A stretch of DNA of 64,000 bases from Escherichia coli O157:H7 (GTDB lineage: Bacteria; Pseudomonadota; Gammaproteobacteria; Enterobacterales; Enterobacteriaceae): NCBI RefSeq assembly GCF_013167455.1, contig NZ_CP038328.1; one strand, written 5' to 3'. A program made the position numbers and the translations under genes. Positions within the stretch are counted from its first letter, which is position 1. Each line of letters opens with the position of its first letter. The notes below the pieces were generated by a model. The model worked only from the letters and a program-made list of their open reading frames with translations. It was not told the origin of the DNA and made no database searches. Below are positions 52,926 through 63,213 of this stretch, in pieces.

Positions 52926-54119
52926 TCAAATCTGTCGTAACTGCGTCTCAACATACAAATAGCCAATTCCCAGCACCTGTTGTGCGCGGCTTAATTGCCC
53001 GAAGCCAATTTGCGTCGCTTTCACGCTCGGTCCTTCGTCGCGGTCGAACGGGTTAAATCCTGTCTGGCGAATAATAGTATTAAGCCAGTGCTCACCAAAG
53101 GCACAACTGCGACCGTACAACCAAATCTGATTAATATTGAGGATGTTGAGGAAGTTATACAGACTCAAACCAATGGCATTGGCAGAGCGATCAACCCAGC
53201 TGGTGATCCACGGTTCTCCACTTTGCCAGGCAGCGATTAACTGCGCTGTAGTCAGTTTTTCAGGATCAAGCTGAGTATTAACCGGTTGTGATTTTAGCCA
53301 TACCCGCGCCTGTTTTTTTAATGCACTTAACGAGGCGACGGTTTCCAGGCAGCCGTAACGTCCACAGTCGCAGACGACGCCATCCGGATTAACGATGGTG
53401 TGACCAATCTGTCCGCTACCATACAAACTGCCGCGATAAATTTGCTCGTTAATCACGAACGACGAGCCAATGCCGTAATCAACGTTGATCACGCAGAAAT
53501 CCCGTTCCTGCGAATTATTTTGCCATTTTTCCGCCAGCGCCAGCATCACGCAGTCATTATCGACCATCACCCGAATGCCCAGCTTCTCTTCCAGCAGATA
53601 CTTCACCTCAACCGGCGTTGTCCACGGCGCTTGCGGCATGGTTTGCGACACTCCAGTCACTGGATCAACCTGACCGTGGATTGCCAGCGCCAGATTGATG
53701 GTGCGGTCCGGCCACAATTTACGGTGGCGATGCCAGCATTTTTCGATTTCGGACAGCAGCGCCTGCGGCGTCGGTGCATCAATCTGTAAATACTCAAATT
53801 CACCTTTCGGACTTAAACAAGCATTAGCAACCTGACACTCAATACTGGTGGGCGTCACGTTCAGACACAGCGTCCAGTCACCTTCCGGCGCAATCAGCCA
53901 TGTACCGCTACTATGCCCGCGCGTCTGGCTTTCATCGTCGATATTCACCACCCGTTTTTCGCTTTCCAGTTCCTGCAAAATATTACTGACTGCCGGAATC
54001 GAAATTTGCGCCAGCCGGGCCAGCGTTGATTTATTGGCGCGCTTTTGCCGGTACAGCAGTTCCAGAATCACGCATTTGTTATGGTGGCGAATCTGTTGAT
54101 TGTTAATGCAGGCTCTCAT
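52926..54119 (-). CDS. yphH: ROK-family (NagC/Mlc-like) transcriptional regulator YphH, 397 aa
   Basis: N-terminal wHTH (NKSTLARLAQISIPAVSNILQELE) and the ROK zinc motif CDCGRYGCLE. Divergent from yphG. Confidence 0.9.
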   Translation of the reverse strand: MRACINNQQIRHHNKCVILELLYRQKRANKSTLARLAQISIPAVSNILQELESEKRVVNIDDESQTRGHSSGTWLIAPEGDWTLCLNVTPTSIECQVANACLSPKGEFEYLQIDAPTPQALLSEIEKCWHRHRKLWPDRTINLALAIHGQVDPVTGVSQTMPQAPWTTPVEVKYLLEEKLGIRVMVDNDCVMLALAEKWQNNSQERDFCVINVDYGIGSSFVINEQIYRGSLYGSGQIGHTIVNPDGVVCDCGRYGCLETVASLSALKKQARVWLKSQPVNTQLDPEKLTTAQLIAAWQSGEPWITSWVDRSANAIGLSLYNFLNILNINQIWLYGRSCAFGEHWLNTIIRQTGFNPFDRDEGPSVKATQIGFGQLSRAQQVLGIGYLYVETQLRQI

Positions 54120-54236
54120 CTTCACTAAACCTTGTTTAGTTAATTGCGTGATTATTCCGCGAAAACATTGCCAGATTGTTCAATACACTGCCACAAATCT
54201 TTTAATTCAGTATGTCTTGTTAATATTGAGGGCACC

Positions 54237-57200
54237 ATGACTCCAGTAAAAGTGTGGCAAGAGCGCGTTGAGATCCCGACCTATGAAACCGGGCCGCAGG
54301 ATATACATCCCATGTTCCTGGAAAATCGCGTTTATCAGGGATCGTCCGGCGCGGTTTATCCCTACGGCGTGACCGATACGCTGAGCGAGCAGAAAACCCT
54401 GAAATCCTGGCAGGCGGTGTGGCTGGAAAACGACTACATCAAAGTGATGATCCTGCCGGAATTGGGCGGTCGGGTGCATCGCGCATGGGATAAAGTGAAA
54501 CAGCGCGATTTTGTCTATCACAATGAAGTCATTAAACCTGCGCTGGTGGGGCTGCTGGGACCGTGGATCTCCGGCGGGATTGAGTTTAACTGGCCGCAAC
54601 ACCATCGCCCGACCACCTTTATGCCCGTTGATTTCACCCTCGAAGCCCATGAAGACGGCGCACAGACGGTGTGGGTAGGCGAAACGGAGCCGATGCATGG
54701 TTTACAGGTGATGACAGGTTTCACCCTGCGCCCTGACCGGGCGGCGCTGGAAATCGCCAGCCGCGTCTATAACGGCAACGCCACGCCGCGTCATTTCTTG
54801 TGGTGGGCCAACCCGGCAGTGAAAGGGGGTGAAGGGCATCAGAGCGTCTTTCCGCCGGATGTAACGGCGGTGTTTGATCACGGCAAACGGGCCGTCTCCG
54901 CTTTCCCTATCGCCACCGGCACTTACTACAAAGTGGACTACTCCGCTGGAGTGGACATTTCTCGCTATAAAAATGTGCCCGTTCCAACCTCATATATGGC
55001 TGAAAAATCACAGTACGATTTTGTTGGCGCGTGGTGTCACGATGAAGATGGCGGTTTGCTACACGTTGCCAACCACCATATTGCGCCAGGTAAAAAGCAG
55101 TGGAGCTGGGGACACAGTGAATTTGGCCAGGCGTGGGATAAGAGCCTAACTGATAATAACGGCCCGTATATCGAACTGATGACCGGTATTTTTGCCGATA
55201 ACCAGCCTGATTTTACCCGGCTTGATGCTTACGAAGAGAAGCGTTTTGAGCAGTTTTTCCTGCCTTACCATTCTCTGGGCATGGTGCAAAACGCCTCCCG
55301 CGATGCGGTAATCAAACTCCAGCGTAGTGAGCGGGGGATTGAGTGGGGGCTGTATGCCATCTCTCCGTTGAACGGATACCGCCTGGCGATCCGCGAAATC
55401 GGCAAATGCGACGCGTTGCTCGATGATGCCGTGGCCCTGACACCAGCGACCGCCATCCAGGGCGTGTTACACGGTATCAATCCTGAAAGACTGACCATTG
55501 AGCTCTCTGATGCCGACGGCAATATTGTACTGAGTTATCAGGAACATCAGCCGCAAGAGTTGCCGTTGCCGGACGTCGCCAAAGCGCCACTGTCAGCACA
55601 AGACATTACCAGTACAGATGAAGCCTGGTTTATCGGTCAGCATCTGGAGCAATATCATCACGCCAGCCGTTCACCGTTCGATTACTACCTGCGCGGCGTG
55701 GCGCTGGATCCGCTGGATTACCGCTGTAATCTGGCGCTGGCGATGCTGGAGTATAACCGCGCAGATTTCCCGCAAGCGGTGGCGTATGCCACTCAGGCTC
55801 TGAAACGCGCACATGCGCTGAACAAAAATCCGCAGTGCGGACAGGCGAGTTTGATTCGCGCCAGTGCTTACGAACGTCAGGGACAATATCAACAAGCCGA
55901 AGAGGATTTCTGGCGTGCGGTCTGGAGCGGCAACAGTAAAGCCGGAGGCTATTATGGTCTGGCACGACTGGCGGCGCGTAATGGTAACTTCGACGCGGGT
56001 CTGGATTTTTGCCAACAAAGTCTTCGCGCCTGCCCAATCAATCAGGAAGTGCTTTGCCTGCATAATCTGCTGCTGGTGTTAAGTGGTCGTCAGGACAACG
56101 CGCGTTTGCAGCGCGAGAAACTGCTGCGCGATTATCCGCTGAACGCCACTCTGTGGTGCCTGAACTGGTTCGATGGTCGTAGCGAATCATCTCTCGCGCA
56201 GTGGCGCGGTCTGTGTCAGGGACGCGACGTTAACGCCCTGATGACCGCCGGGCAACTGATTAACTGGGGAATGCCCACCCTCGCGGCAGAGATGCTGAAT
56301 GCACTGGACTGCCAGCGCACGCTGCCGCTTTACCTGCAAGCCAGCTTGCTGCCGAAAGCCGAACGTGGCGAACTGGTCGCAAAAGCCATTGATGTCTTCC
56401 CGCAGTTTGTCCGTTTCCCGAATACGCTGGAAGAAGTGGCGGCGCTGGAGAGTATTGAAGAGTGCTGGTTTGCTCGCCATTTACTGGCCTGCTTCTACTA
56501 CAACAAACGTAGCTACAACGAAGCCATTGCCTTATGGCAACGTTGCGTAGAGATGTCGCCGGAGTTTGCCGACGGCTGGCGCGGGTTAGCGATCCATGCG
56601 TGGAATAAGCAACACGATTATGAGCTGGCCGCGCGTTATCTTGATAATGCTTATCAGCTTGCGCCGCAGGATGCACGTCTGCTTTTCGAACGGGATTTGC
56701 TTGATAAGCTAAGTGGAACCACACCGGAGAAACGACTGGCGCGTCTGGAAAATAATCTGGAAATTGCGCTGAAACGCGACGACATGACCGCAGAACTGCT
56801 CAATTTGTGGCATCTCACGGGGCAGGCAGACAAAGCGGCGGACATTCTCGCCACGCGCAAATTCCACCCGTGGGAAGGCGGGGAAGGGAAGGTCACCAGT
56901 CAGTTTATCCTCAACCAGTTATTACGCGCCTGGCAGCATCTTGATGCCAGAGAGCCGCAGCAGGCCAGCGAACTGCTTCATGCCGCGCTGCATTATCCGG
57001 AGAATTTAAGCGAAGGCCGTTTACCGGGGCAAACTGATAACGACATCTGGTTCTGGCAGGCGATATGCGCCAAAGCCCAGGGCGATGAAACTGAAGCGAC
57101 GCGCTGTTTACATCTGGCGGCGACCGGCGATCGCACCATTAACATCCACAGCTATTACAACGATCAGCCGGTTGATTACCTCTTCTGGCAAGGAATGGCG

Positions 57201-57518
57201 CTGCGATTACTGGGCGAACAACACACCGCACAGCAACTGTTTAGTGAAATGAAACAGTGGGCGCAAGAGATGGCGAAAACCAGTATCGAAGCGGATTTCT
57301 TTGCCGTCTCGCAGCCTGACTTGTTGTCGCTGTATGGCGATTTACAACAGCAGCATAAAGAAAAATGCCTGATGGTGGCGATGCTGGCGGCCGCGGGATT
57401 AGGCGAGATTGCGCAATACGAATCTGCTCGCGCTGAATTGACGGCGATTAATCCGGCCTGGCCGAAAGCGGCATTATTCACCACCGTGATGCCTTTTATT
57501 TTTAACTACGTTCACTAA
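54237..57518 (+). CDS. yphG: Large uncharacterised protein YphG (N-terminal DUF5107-like beta domain plus C-terminal TPR repeats), 1093 aa
   Basis: MTPVKVWQERVEIPTYETGPQD... The C-terminal ~600 aa shows repeated helical TPR-like A/L/Y/W patterns. The ATG at 54237 gives the K-12 length. No signal peptide is evident. Confidence 0.88.
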   Translation: MTPVKVWQERVEIPTYETGPQDIHPMFLENRVYQGSSGAVYPYGVTDTLSEQKTLKSWQAVWLENDYIKVMILPELGGRVHRAWDKVKQRDFVYHNEVIKPALVGLLGPWISGGIEFNWPQHHRPTTFMPVDFTLEAHEDGAQTVWVGETEPMHGLQVMTGFTLRPDRAALEIASRVYNGNATPRHFLWWANPAVKGGEGHQSVFPPDVTAVFDHGKRAVSAFPIATGTYYKVDYSAGVDISRYKNVPVPTSYMAEKSQYDFVGAWCHDEDGGLLHVANHHIAPGKKQWSWGHSEFGQAWDKSLTDNNGPYIELMTGIFADNQPDFTRLDAYEEKRFEQFFLPYHSLGMVQNASRDAVIKLQRSERGIEWGLYAISPLNGYRLAIREIGKCDALLDDAVALTPATAIQGVLHGINPERLTIELSDADGNIVLSYQEHQPQELPLPDVAKAPLSAQDITSTDEAWFIGQHLEQYHHASRSPFDYYLRGVALDPLDYRCNLALAMLEYNRADFPQAVAYATQALKRAHALNKNPQCGQASLIRASAYERQGQYQQAEEDFWRAVWSGNSKAGGYYGLARLAARNGNFDAGLDFCQQSLRACPINQEVLCLHNLLLVLSGRQDNARLQREKLLRDYPLNATLWCLNWFDGRSESSLAQWRGLCQGRDVNALMTAGQLINWGMPTLAAEMLNALDCQRTLPLYLQASLLPKAERGELVAKAIDVFPQFVRFPNTLEEVAALESIEECWFARHLLACFYYNKRSYNEAIALWQRCVEMSPEFADGWRGLAIHAWNKQHDYELAARYLDNAYQLAPQDARLLFERDLLDKLSGTTPEKRLARLENNLEIALKRDDMTAELLNLWHLTGQADKAADILATRKFHPWEGGEGKVTSQFILNQLLRAWQHLDAREPQQASELLHAALHYPENLSEGRLPGQTDNDIWFWQAICAKAQGDETEATRCLHLAATGDRTINIHSYYNDQPVDYLFWQGMALRLLGEQHTAQQLFSEMKQWAQEMAKTSIEADFFAVSQPDLLSLYGDLQQQHKEKCLMVAMLAAAGLGEIAQYESARAELTAINPAWPKAALFTTVMPFIFNYVH

Positions 57519-57614
57519 ACCCTATTAACTGTAATATTTGAGCGGCACGCGCTGCCGCTCATCACAAAATAATTAGAATAAGCCGTTGTTAATAAAAACC
57601 CTACAGGAGGCTCT

Positions 57615-58598
57615 ATGCCTAAAAAAATGAGAACAACCCGTAATCTATTATTAATGGCTACGCTATTAGGTAGCGCACTATTTGCCAGAGCTGCGGATAA
57701 AGAAATGACCATTGGCGCAATATACCTTGATACTCAGGGATATTACGCTGGAGTGCGTCAGGGAGTTCAGGATGCGGCAAAAGATTCTTCAGTACAGGTA
57801 CAGTTAATTGAAACTAACGCCCAGGGTGATATTTCGAAAGAAAGTACCTTTGTTGATACCCTCGTGGCGCGTAATGTCGATGCTATTATTTTATCGGCAG
57901 TGTCTGAAAATGGCAGTAGCCGTACCGTTCGTCGCGCCAGTGAAGCGGGTATTCCGGTGATTTGCTACAACACCTGTATTAATCAAAAGGGGGTCGATAA
58001 ATATGTCTCGGCGTATCTGGTGGGTGACCCGCTGGAATTTGGTAAAAAACTGGGTAACGCTGCCGCCGATTATTTTATTGCCAATAAAATTGACCAGCCG
58101 AAAATTGCCGTCATCAATTGCGAAGCCTTTGAAGTTTGTGTGCAGCGACGTAAAGGATTTGAAGAAGTATTAAAATCCCGCGTTCCCGGCGCGCAAATTG
58201 TCGCTAATCAGGAAGGGACTGTTTTAGATAAAGCGATTTCCGTTGGTGAAAAACTGATTATCTCCACGCCGGATCTCAACGCCATTATGGGGGAATCGGG
58301 CGGTGCGACACTCGGCGCGGTAAAAGCGGTACGTAATCAAAATCAGGCCGGAAAAATTGCTGTTTTCGGTTCGGATATGACAACCGAAATTGCTCAGGAG
58401 CTGGAAAACAATCAGGTGCTGAAAGCGGTAGTGGATATTTCCGGTAAGAAAATGGGCAATGCTGTTTTCGCGCAAACATTGAAGGTTATCAATAAACAAG
58501 CCGACGGTGAAAAAGTGATTCAGGTGCCTATCGATCTCTATACCAAAACGGAAGACGGTAAACAGTGGCTGGCAACGCACGTTGATGGTCTGCCCTAA
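57615..58598 (+). CDS. yphF: Periplasmic sugar-binding protein of an ABC transporter (YphF), 327 aa
   Basis: Signal peptide ...LLGSALFARA|ADKE and similarity to the ribose/galactose-binding (PBP type I) family. Confidence 0.9.
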   Translation: MPKKMRTTRNLLLMATLLGSALFARAADKEMTIGAIYLDTQGYYAGVRQGVQDAAKDSSVQVQLIETNAQGDISKESTFVDTLVARNVDAIILSAVSENGSSRTVRRASEAGIPVICYNTCINQKGVDKYVSAYLVGDPLEFGKKLGNAAADYFIANKIDQPKIAVINCEAFEVCVQRRKGFEEVLKSRVPGAQIVANQEGTVLDKAISVGEKLIISTPDLNAIMGESGGATLGAVKAVRNQNQAGKIAVFGSDMTTEIAQELENNQVLKAVVDISGKKMGNAVFAQTLKVINKQADGEKVIQVPIDLYTKTEDGKQWLATHVDGLP

Positions 58599-58620
58599 TC
58601 GCTGATTCGCAGAGGTCCCT

Positions 58621-60132
58621 ATGTTCACGGCAACAGAGGCAGTCCCGGTAGCAAAAGTGGTGGCAGGAAATAAGCGTTATCCCGGCGTCGTTGCGTTGGA
58701 TAACGTTAACTTCACGCTCAATAAAGGCGAGGTTCGTGCGCTGTTAGGCAAAAACGGCGCGGGCAAATCGACCCTCATTCGAATGCTTACCGGCAGTGAA
58801 CGTCCGGATAGCGGTGAAATCTGGATTGGCGAGACGCGACTGGAAGGTGACGAAGCTACGCTGACTCGCCGTGCCGCTGAACTGGGGGTACGCGCGGTTT
58901 ATCAGGAGTTAAGTCTGGTGGAAGGGCTGACGGTGGCGGAAAACCTCTGCCTCGGTCAGTGGCCCCGCCGCAACGGCATGATTGATTACCTGCAAATGGC
59001 GCAGGATGCCCAACGTTGCTTACAGGCGCTGGGCGTTGACGTTAGTCCTGAACAACTTGTTTCAACACTAAGCCCGGCGCATAAGCAGCTGGTGGAAATT
59101 GCGCGGGTGATGAAGGGCGAGCCGCGCGTGGTCATTCTTGATGAACCTACCAGTTCGCTTGCGAGTGCGGAAGTTGAACTGGTGATCAGAGCGGTGAAAA
59201 AGATGTCAGCACTGGGCGTGGCGGTGATTTATGTCAGCCACCGGATGGAAGAAATTCGCCGCATTGCCTCCAGTGCCACCGTTATGCGCGACGGGCAGGT
59301 GGCTGGCGATGTGATGCTCGAAAACACTTCCACGCATCATATTGTGTCGCTAATGCTAGGGCGCGATCACGTTGATATTGCGCCGGTTGCACCTCAGGAA
59401 ATTGTGGATCAGGCCGTGCTGGAAGTCCGTGCGTTACGCCATAAGCCCAAGCTGGAGGATATCAGCTTTACGCTACGTCGTGGCGAAGTGCTCGGCATTG
59501 CTGGTCTGCTGGGGGCAGGGCGCAGTGAATTGCTGAAGGCGATTGTTGGGCTGGAGACGTATGAACAGGGCGAAATTGTTATCAACGGCGAGAAAATCAC
59601 GCGCCCCGATTACGGCGACATGCTGAAACGCGGCATTGGCTATACGCCAGAAAACCGCAAAGAAGCGGGGATCATTCCCTGGTTGGGCGTTGACGAAAAT
59701 ACAGTGCTGACCAATCGGCAAAAAATCAGCGCCAACGGAGTGCTGCAATGGTCCACCATCCGCCGCCTGACCGAAGAAGTGATGCAGCGGATGACGGTCA
59801 AGGCCGCCAGTAGCGAAACGCCCATCGGCACGCTTTCTGGCGGCAATCAGCAAAAAGTAGTGATCGGTCGTTGGGTCTATGCCGCCAGCCAGATTTTGTT
59901 GCTCGACGAGCCAACGCGCGGCGTCGATATCGAAGCCAAACAGCAGATTTACCGTATTGTCCGTGAGCTGGCTGCCGAAGGAAAAAGCGTGGTGTTTATC
60001 TCCAGTGAAGTGGAGGAGTTGCCGTTGGTGTGTGACCGCATCCTGTTATTACAGCACGGCACGTTCTCGCAGGAGTTTCACGCTCCGGTCAATGTGGATG
60101 AGCTGATGTCCGCCATTCTGTCTGTGCACTGA
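58621..60132 (+). CDS. yphE: Sugar ABC transporter ATP-binding protein with duplicated ABC domains (YphE), 503 aa
   Basis: Walker A GKNGAGKST, signature LSGGNQQK, and two nucleotide-binding domains as in RbsA/MglA. Confidence 0.93.
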   Translation: MFTATEAVPVAKVVAGNKRYPGVVALDNVNFTLNKGEVRALLGKNGAGKSTLIRMLTGSERPDSGEIWIGETRLEGDEATLTRRAAELGVRAVYQELSLVEGLTVAENLCLGQWPRRNGMIDYLQMAQDAQRCLQALGVDVSPEQLVSTLSPAHKQLVEIARVMKGEPRVVILDEPTSSLASAEVELVIRAVKKMSALGVAVIYVSHRMEEIRRIASSATVMRDGQVAGDVMLENTSTHHIVSLMLGRDHVDIAPVAPQEIVDQAVLEVRALRHKPKLEDISFTLRRGEVLGIAGLLGAGRSELLKAIVGLETYEQGEIVINGEKITRPDYGDMLKRGIGYTPENRKEAGIIPWLGVDENTVLTNRQKISANGVLQWSTIRRLTEEVMQRMTVKAASSETPIGTLSGGNQQKVVIGRWVYAASQILLLDEPTRGVDIEAKQQIYRIVRELAAEGKSVVFISSEVEELPLVCDRILLLQHGTFSQEFHAPVNVDELMSAILSVH

Positions 60133-60156
60133 TGAATTTTACCGAGGAACCTGAAG

Positions 60157-61155
60157 ATGTCTGCTTCGTCATTACCATTGCCGCAGGGCAAGAGCGTCTC
60201 GCTCAAACAATTTGTCAGTCACCATATTAATGAGATCGGTTTGCTGGTGGTGATTGCCATTCTTTATCTGGTCTTCTCCCTGAACGCGCCTGGCTTTATC
60301 TCATTGAATAACCAGATGAACGTGCTGCGCGATGCCGCCACCATTGGGATTGCCGCCTGGGCGATGACGCTGATTATTATCTCCGGTGAAATTGATGTCA
60401 GCGTTGGGCCGATGGTGGCTTTTGTCTCGGTATGCCTGGCATTTTTGCTGCAATTTGAAGTTCCGTTGGCGATTGCTTGTCTGCTGGTGTTGCTGTTAGG
60501 CGCGCTGATGGGAACGCTCGCCGGGGTGCTGCGTGGCGTGTTTAACGTGCCAAGTTTCGTGGCCACGCTGGGGCTGTGGAGCGCCCTGCGCGGAATGGGC
60601 TTGTTTATGACCAACGCTCTGCCAGTGCCGATTGACGAAAACGAGGTGCTGGACTGGCTGGGCGGACAATTTCTCGGTGTGCCGGTATCCGCGCTGATCA
60701 TGATGGTGCTGTTTGCGCTGTTTGTGTTCATTAGCCGCAAAACCGCCTTCGGGCGCTCGGTTTTTGCCGTTGGCGGTAATGCCACGGCGGCGCAGTTGTG
60801 CGGTATTAACGTTCGTCGGGTACGCATTCTTATCTTTACCCTTTCGGGATTATTAGCGGCGGTGACCGGCATTTTGTTGGCGGCGCGCCTCGGTTCCGGT
60901 AACGCAGGTGCCGCAAACGGTCTGGAGTTTGACGTCATCGCCGCGGTCGTGGTCGGCGGTACGGCGCTTTCCGGTGGTCGCGGCTCGTTGTTCGGTACGC
61001 TGCTTGGCGTACTGGTGATTACGCTAATCGGTAACGGTCTGGTGCTGCTCGGGATTAACTCCTTTTTCCAGCAGGTGGTGCGCGGCGTCATCATCGTGGT
61101 GGCGGTGCTGGCGAATATCTTGCTGACCCAGCGTAGCAGTAAAGCGAAACGCTAA
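60157..61155 (+). CDS. yphD: Sugar ABC transporter permease (YphD, RbsC/AraH family), 332 aa
   Basis: ~10 TM helices, similar to the RbsC family. Confidence 0.92.
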   Translation: MSASSLPLPQGKSVSLKQFVSHHINEIGLLVVIAILYLVFSLNAPGFISLNNQMNVLRDAATIGIAAWAMTLIIISGEIDVSVGPMVAFVSVCLAFLLQFEVPLAIACLLVLLLGALMGTLAGVLRGVFNVPSFVATLGLWSALRGMGLFMTNALPVPIDENEVLDWLGGQFLGVPVSALIMMVLFALFVFISRKTAFGRSVFAVGGNATAAQLCGINVRRVRILIFTLSGLLAAVTGILLAARLGSGNAGAANGLEFDVIAAVVVGGTALSGGRGSLFGTLLGVLVITLIGNGLVLLGINSFFQQVVRGVIIVVAVLANILLTQRSSKAKR

Positions 61156-61220
61156 ACCTTAACGCCCCTGGCGCGGGTGCGGCAGGGATGAAAATTAATC
61201 GTATTGTTAATGAGGGATTT

Positions 61221-62282
61221 ATGAAAACGATGCTGGCAGCTTATTTACCAGGAAATTCGACCGTCGATCTGCGGGAAGTTGCAGTGCCGACGCCGGGGAT
61301 TAACCAGGTACTGATCAAAATGAAATCCTCCGGAATTTGCGGAAGCGATGTCCACTATATCTACCACCAGCACCGCGCTACGGCGGCGGCATCCGATAAA
61401 CCGTTGTACTAGGGATTTATCAACGGTCATGAACCGTGCGGGCAGATTGTGGCGATGGGGCAAGGCTGCCGCCATTTTAAAGAGGGCGACCGCGTGCTGG
61501 TGTATCACATTTCTGGCTGTGGTTTTTGCCCGAACTGCCGTCGCGGTTTTCCTATTTCTTGTACTGGCGAAGGAAAAGCGGCTTACGGCTGGCAGCGTGA
61601 CGGCGGTCATGCCGAATACTTGCTGGCGGAAGAAAAAGATCTGATCCTCCTGCCGGATGCGCTGAGCTACGAAGATGGTGCGTTTATCAGTTGCGGCGTT
61701 GGCACGGCCTATGAAGGGATTTTGCGCGGCGAAGTTTCCGGCAGTGATAACGTGCTGGTGGTCGGTCTGGGGCCAGTCGGCATGATGGGGATGATGCTGG
61801 CGAAAGGTCGCGGTGCAAAACGGATTATCGGCGTTGATATGCTGCCGGAACGTCTGGCGATGGCAAAACAGTTAGGAGTGATGGATCACGGCTATTTAGC
61901 GACCACTGAAGGTCTGCCGCAGATAATCGCCGAACTCACTCACGGCGGCGCGGATGTTGCGCTTGATTGTTCCGGTAATGCCGCAGGTCGCTTACTGGCA
62001 CTGCAATCCACCGCTGACTGGGGGCGGGTGGTTTACATTGGTGAAACCGGAAAAGTGGAATTCGAGGTCAGCGCCGATCTGATGCACCATCAACGGCGGA
62101 TTATTGGCTCCTGGGTGACCAGTCTGTTCCATATGGAAAAATGCGCCCACGATTTGACTGACTGGAAGCTGTGGCCGCGTAACGCCATTACCCATCGCTT
62201 CTCGCTGGAACAGGCAGGTGATGCCTATGCGCTGATGGCGAGCGGCAAATGCGGGAAAGTTGTGATTAACTTCCCGGATTAA
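61221..62282 (+). pseudogene. yphC: Zn-dependent alcohol/polyol dehydrogenase YphC, interrupted by an in-frame amber codon at codon 64
   Basis: The track splits it into 61188-61412 and 61449-62282, which lie in the same frame. TAG at 61410-61412 occupies the position of Gln64 (...DKPLY*GFINGHEPCG...). The full frame is 354 codons, equal to the 353-aa K-12 YphC. Zn ligands GICGSD and GHEPCG fall on opposite sides of the stop. Confidence 0.85.
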
Positions 62283-62293
62283 GGAGTTAGCGG

Positions 62294-63166
62294 ATGACCA
62301 TCTATACCTTATCCCACGGGTCGCTAAAGCTGGGCGTTTCTGACCAGGGCGGCGTAATCGAAGGCTTCTGGCGCGATACGACGCCGCTCTTACGTCCTGG
62401 TAAAAAAAGCGGTGTGGCAACCGATGCCTCTTGTTTTCCGCTGGTGCCATTTGCAAACCGGGTGAGCGGCAACCGTTTTGTCTGGCAGGGGCGTGAGTAT
62501 CAACTGCAACCGAATGTTGAGTGGGATGCGCACTATCTACACGGCGATGGCTGGCTGGGCGAGTGGCAATGTGTCTCGCACAGCGATGATAGTTTGTGTC
62601 TGGTGTATGAACATCGCAGCGGTGTCTATCACTATCGGGTAAGTCAGGCGTTTCATTTAACGGCGGATACGCTGACGGTGACGCTCTCTGTCACCAATCA
62701 AGGGGCAGAGACGCTGCCATTTGGTACCGGCTGGCATCCTTATTTTCCGTTGTCGCCGCAAACGCGGATTCAGGCACAGGCGAGCGGTTACTGGCTGGAG
62801 CGGGAGCAGTGGCTGGCGGGTGAGTTTTGCGAGCAGCTACCGCAAGAACTGGATTTTAACCAGCTAGCGCCGTTGCCGCGCCAGTGGGTGAACAATGGTT
62901 TTGCCGGATGGAATGGTCAGGCCCGCATCGAGCAGCCGCAGGAGGGTTATGCCATCATCATAGAAACGACGCCACCTGCACCGTGTTATTTCATCTTTGT
63001 TTCCGACCCGGCGTTTGATAAAGGATATGCGTTTGATTTCTTCTGTCTGGAGCCGATGAGCCATGCGCCGGATGACCATCATCGCCCGGAAGGGGGTGAC
63101 CTCATTGCGCTTGCGCCGGGGGAATCAACAACCTCAGAGATGTCGTTGCGGGTAGAGTGGCTGTAA
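62294..63166 (+). CDS. yphB: Aldose 1-epimerase (mutarotase) family protein YphB, 290 aa
   Basis: Mutarotase-fold motifs (YLHGDGW, GWHPYF, EPMSHAPD). Confidence 0.9.
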   Translation: MTIYTLSHGSLKLGVSDQGGVIEGFWRDTTPLLRPGKKSGVATDASCFPLVPFANRVSGNRFVWQGREYQLQPNVEWDAHYLHGDGWLGEWQCVSHSDDSLCLVYEHRSGVYHYRVSQAFHLTADTLTVTLSVTNQGAETLPFGTGWHPYFPLSPQTRIQAQASGYWLEREQWLAGEFCEQLPQELDFNQLAPLPRQWVNNGFAGWNGQARIEQPQEGYAIIIETTPPAPCYFIFVSDPAFDKGYAFDFFCLEPMSHAPDDHHRPEGGDLIALAPGESTTSEMSLRVEWL

Positions 63167-63174
63167 TTTATAAA

Positions 63175-63208
63175 ATGCCGGATAAGGCGTTCACGCCGCA
63201 TCCGGCAT
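63175..63208. repeat. REP element
   Basis: atgccggataaggcgttcacgccgcatccggcat: a canonical REP palindrome between convergent yphB and yphA. Confidence 0.85.
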
Positions 63209-63213
63209 CTTTC

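Noticed and set aside
60264-61094. A 276-aa Pro/Thr/Ser/Ala-rich ORF antisense to yphD.
   Set aside because: It is the mirror image of a hydrophobic permease's codons. The composition is implausible for a folded protein and there is no RBS.
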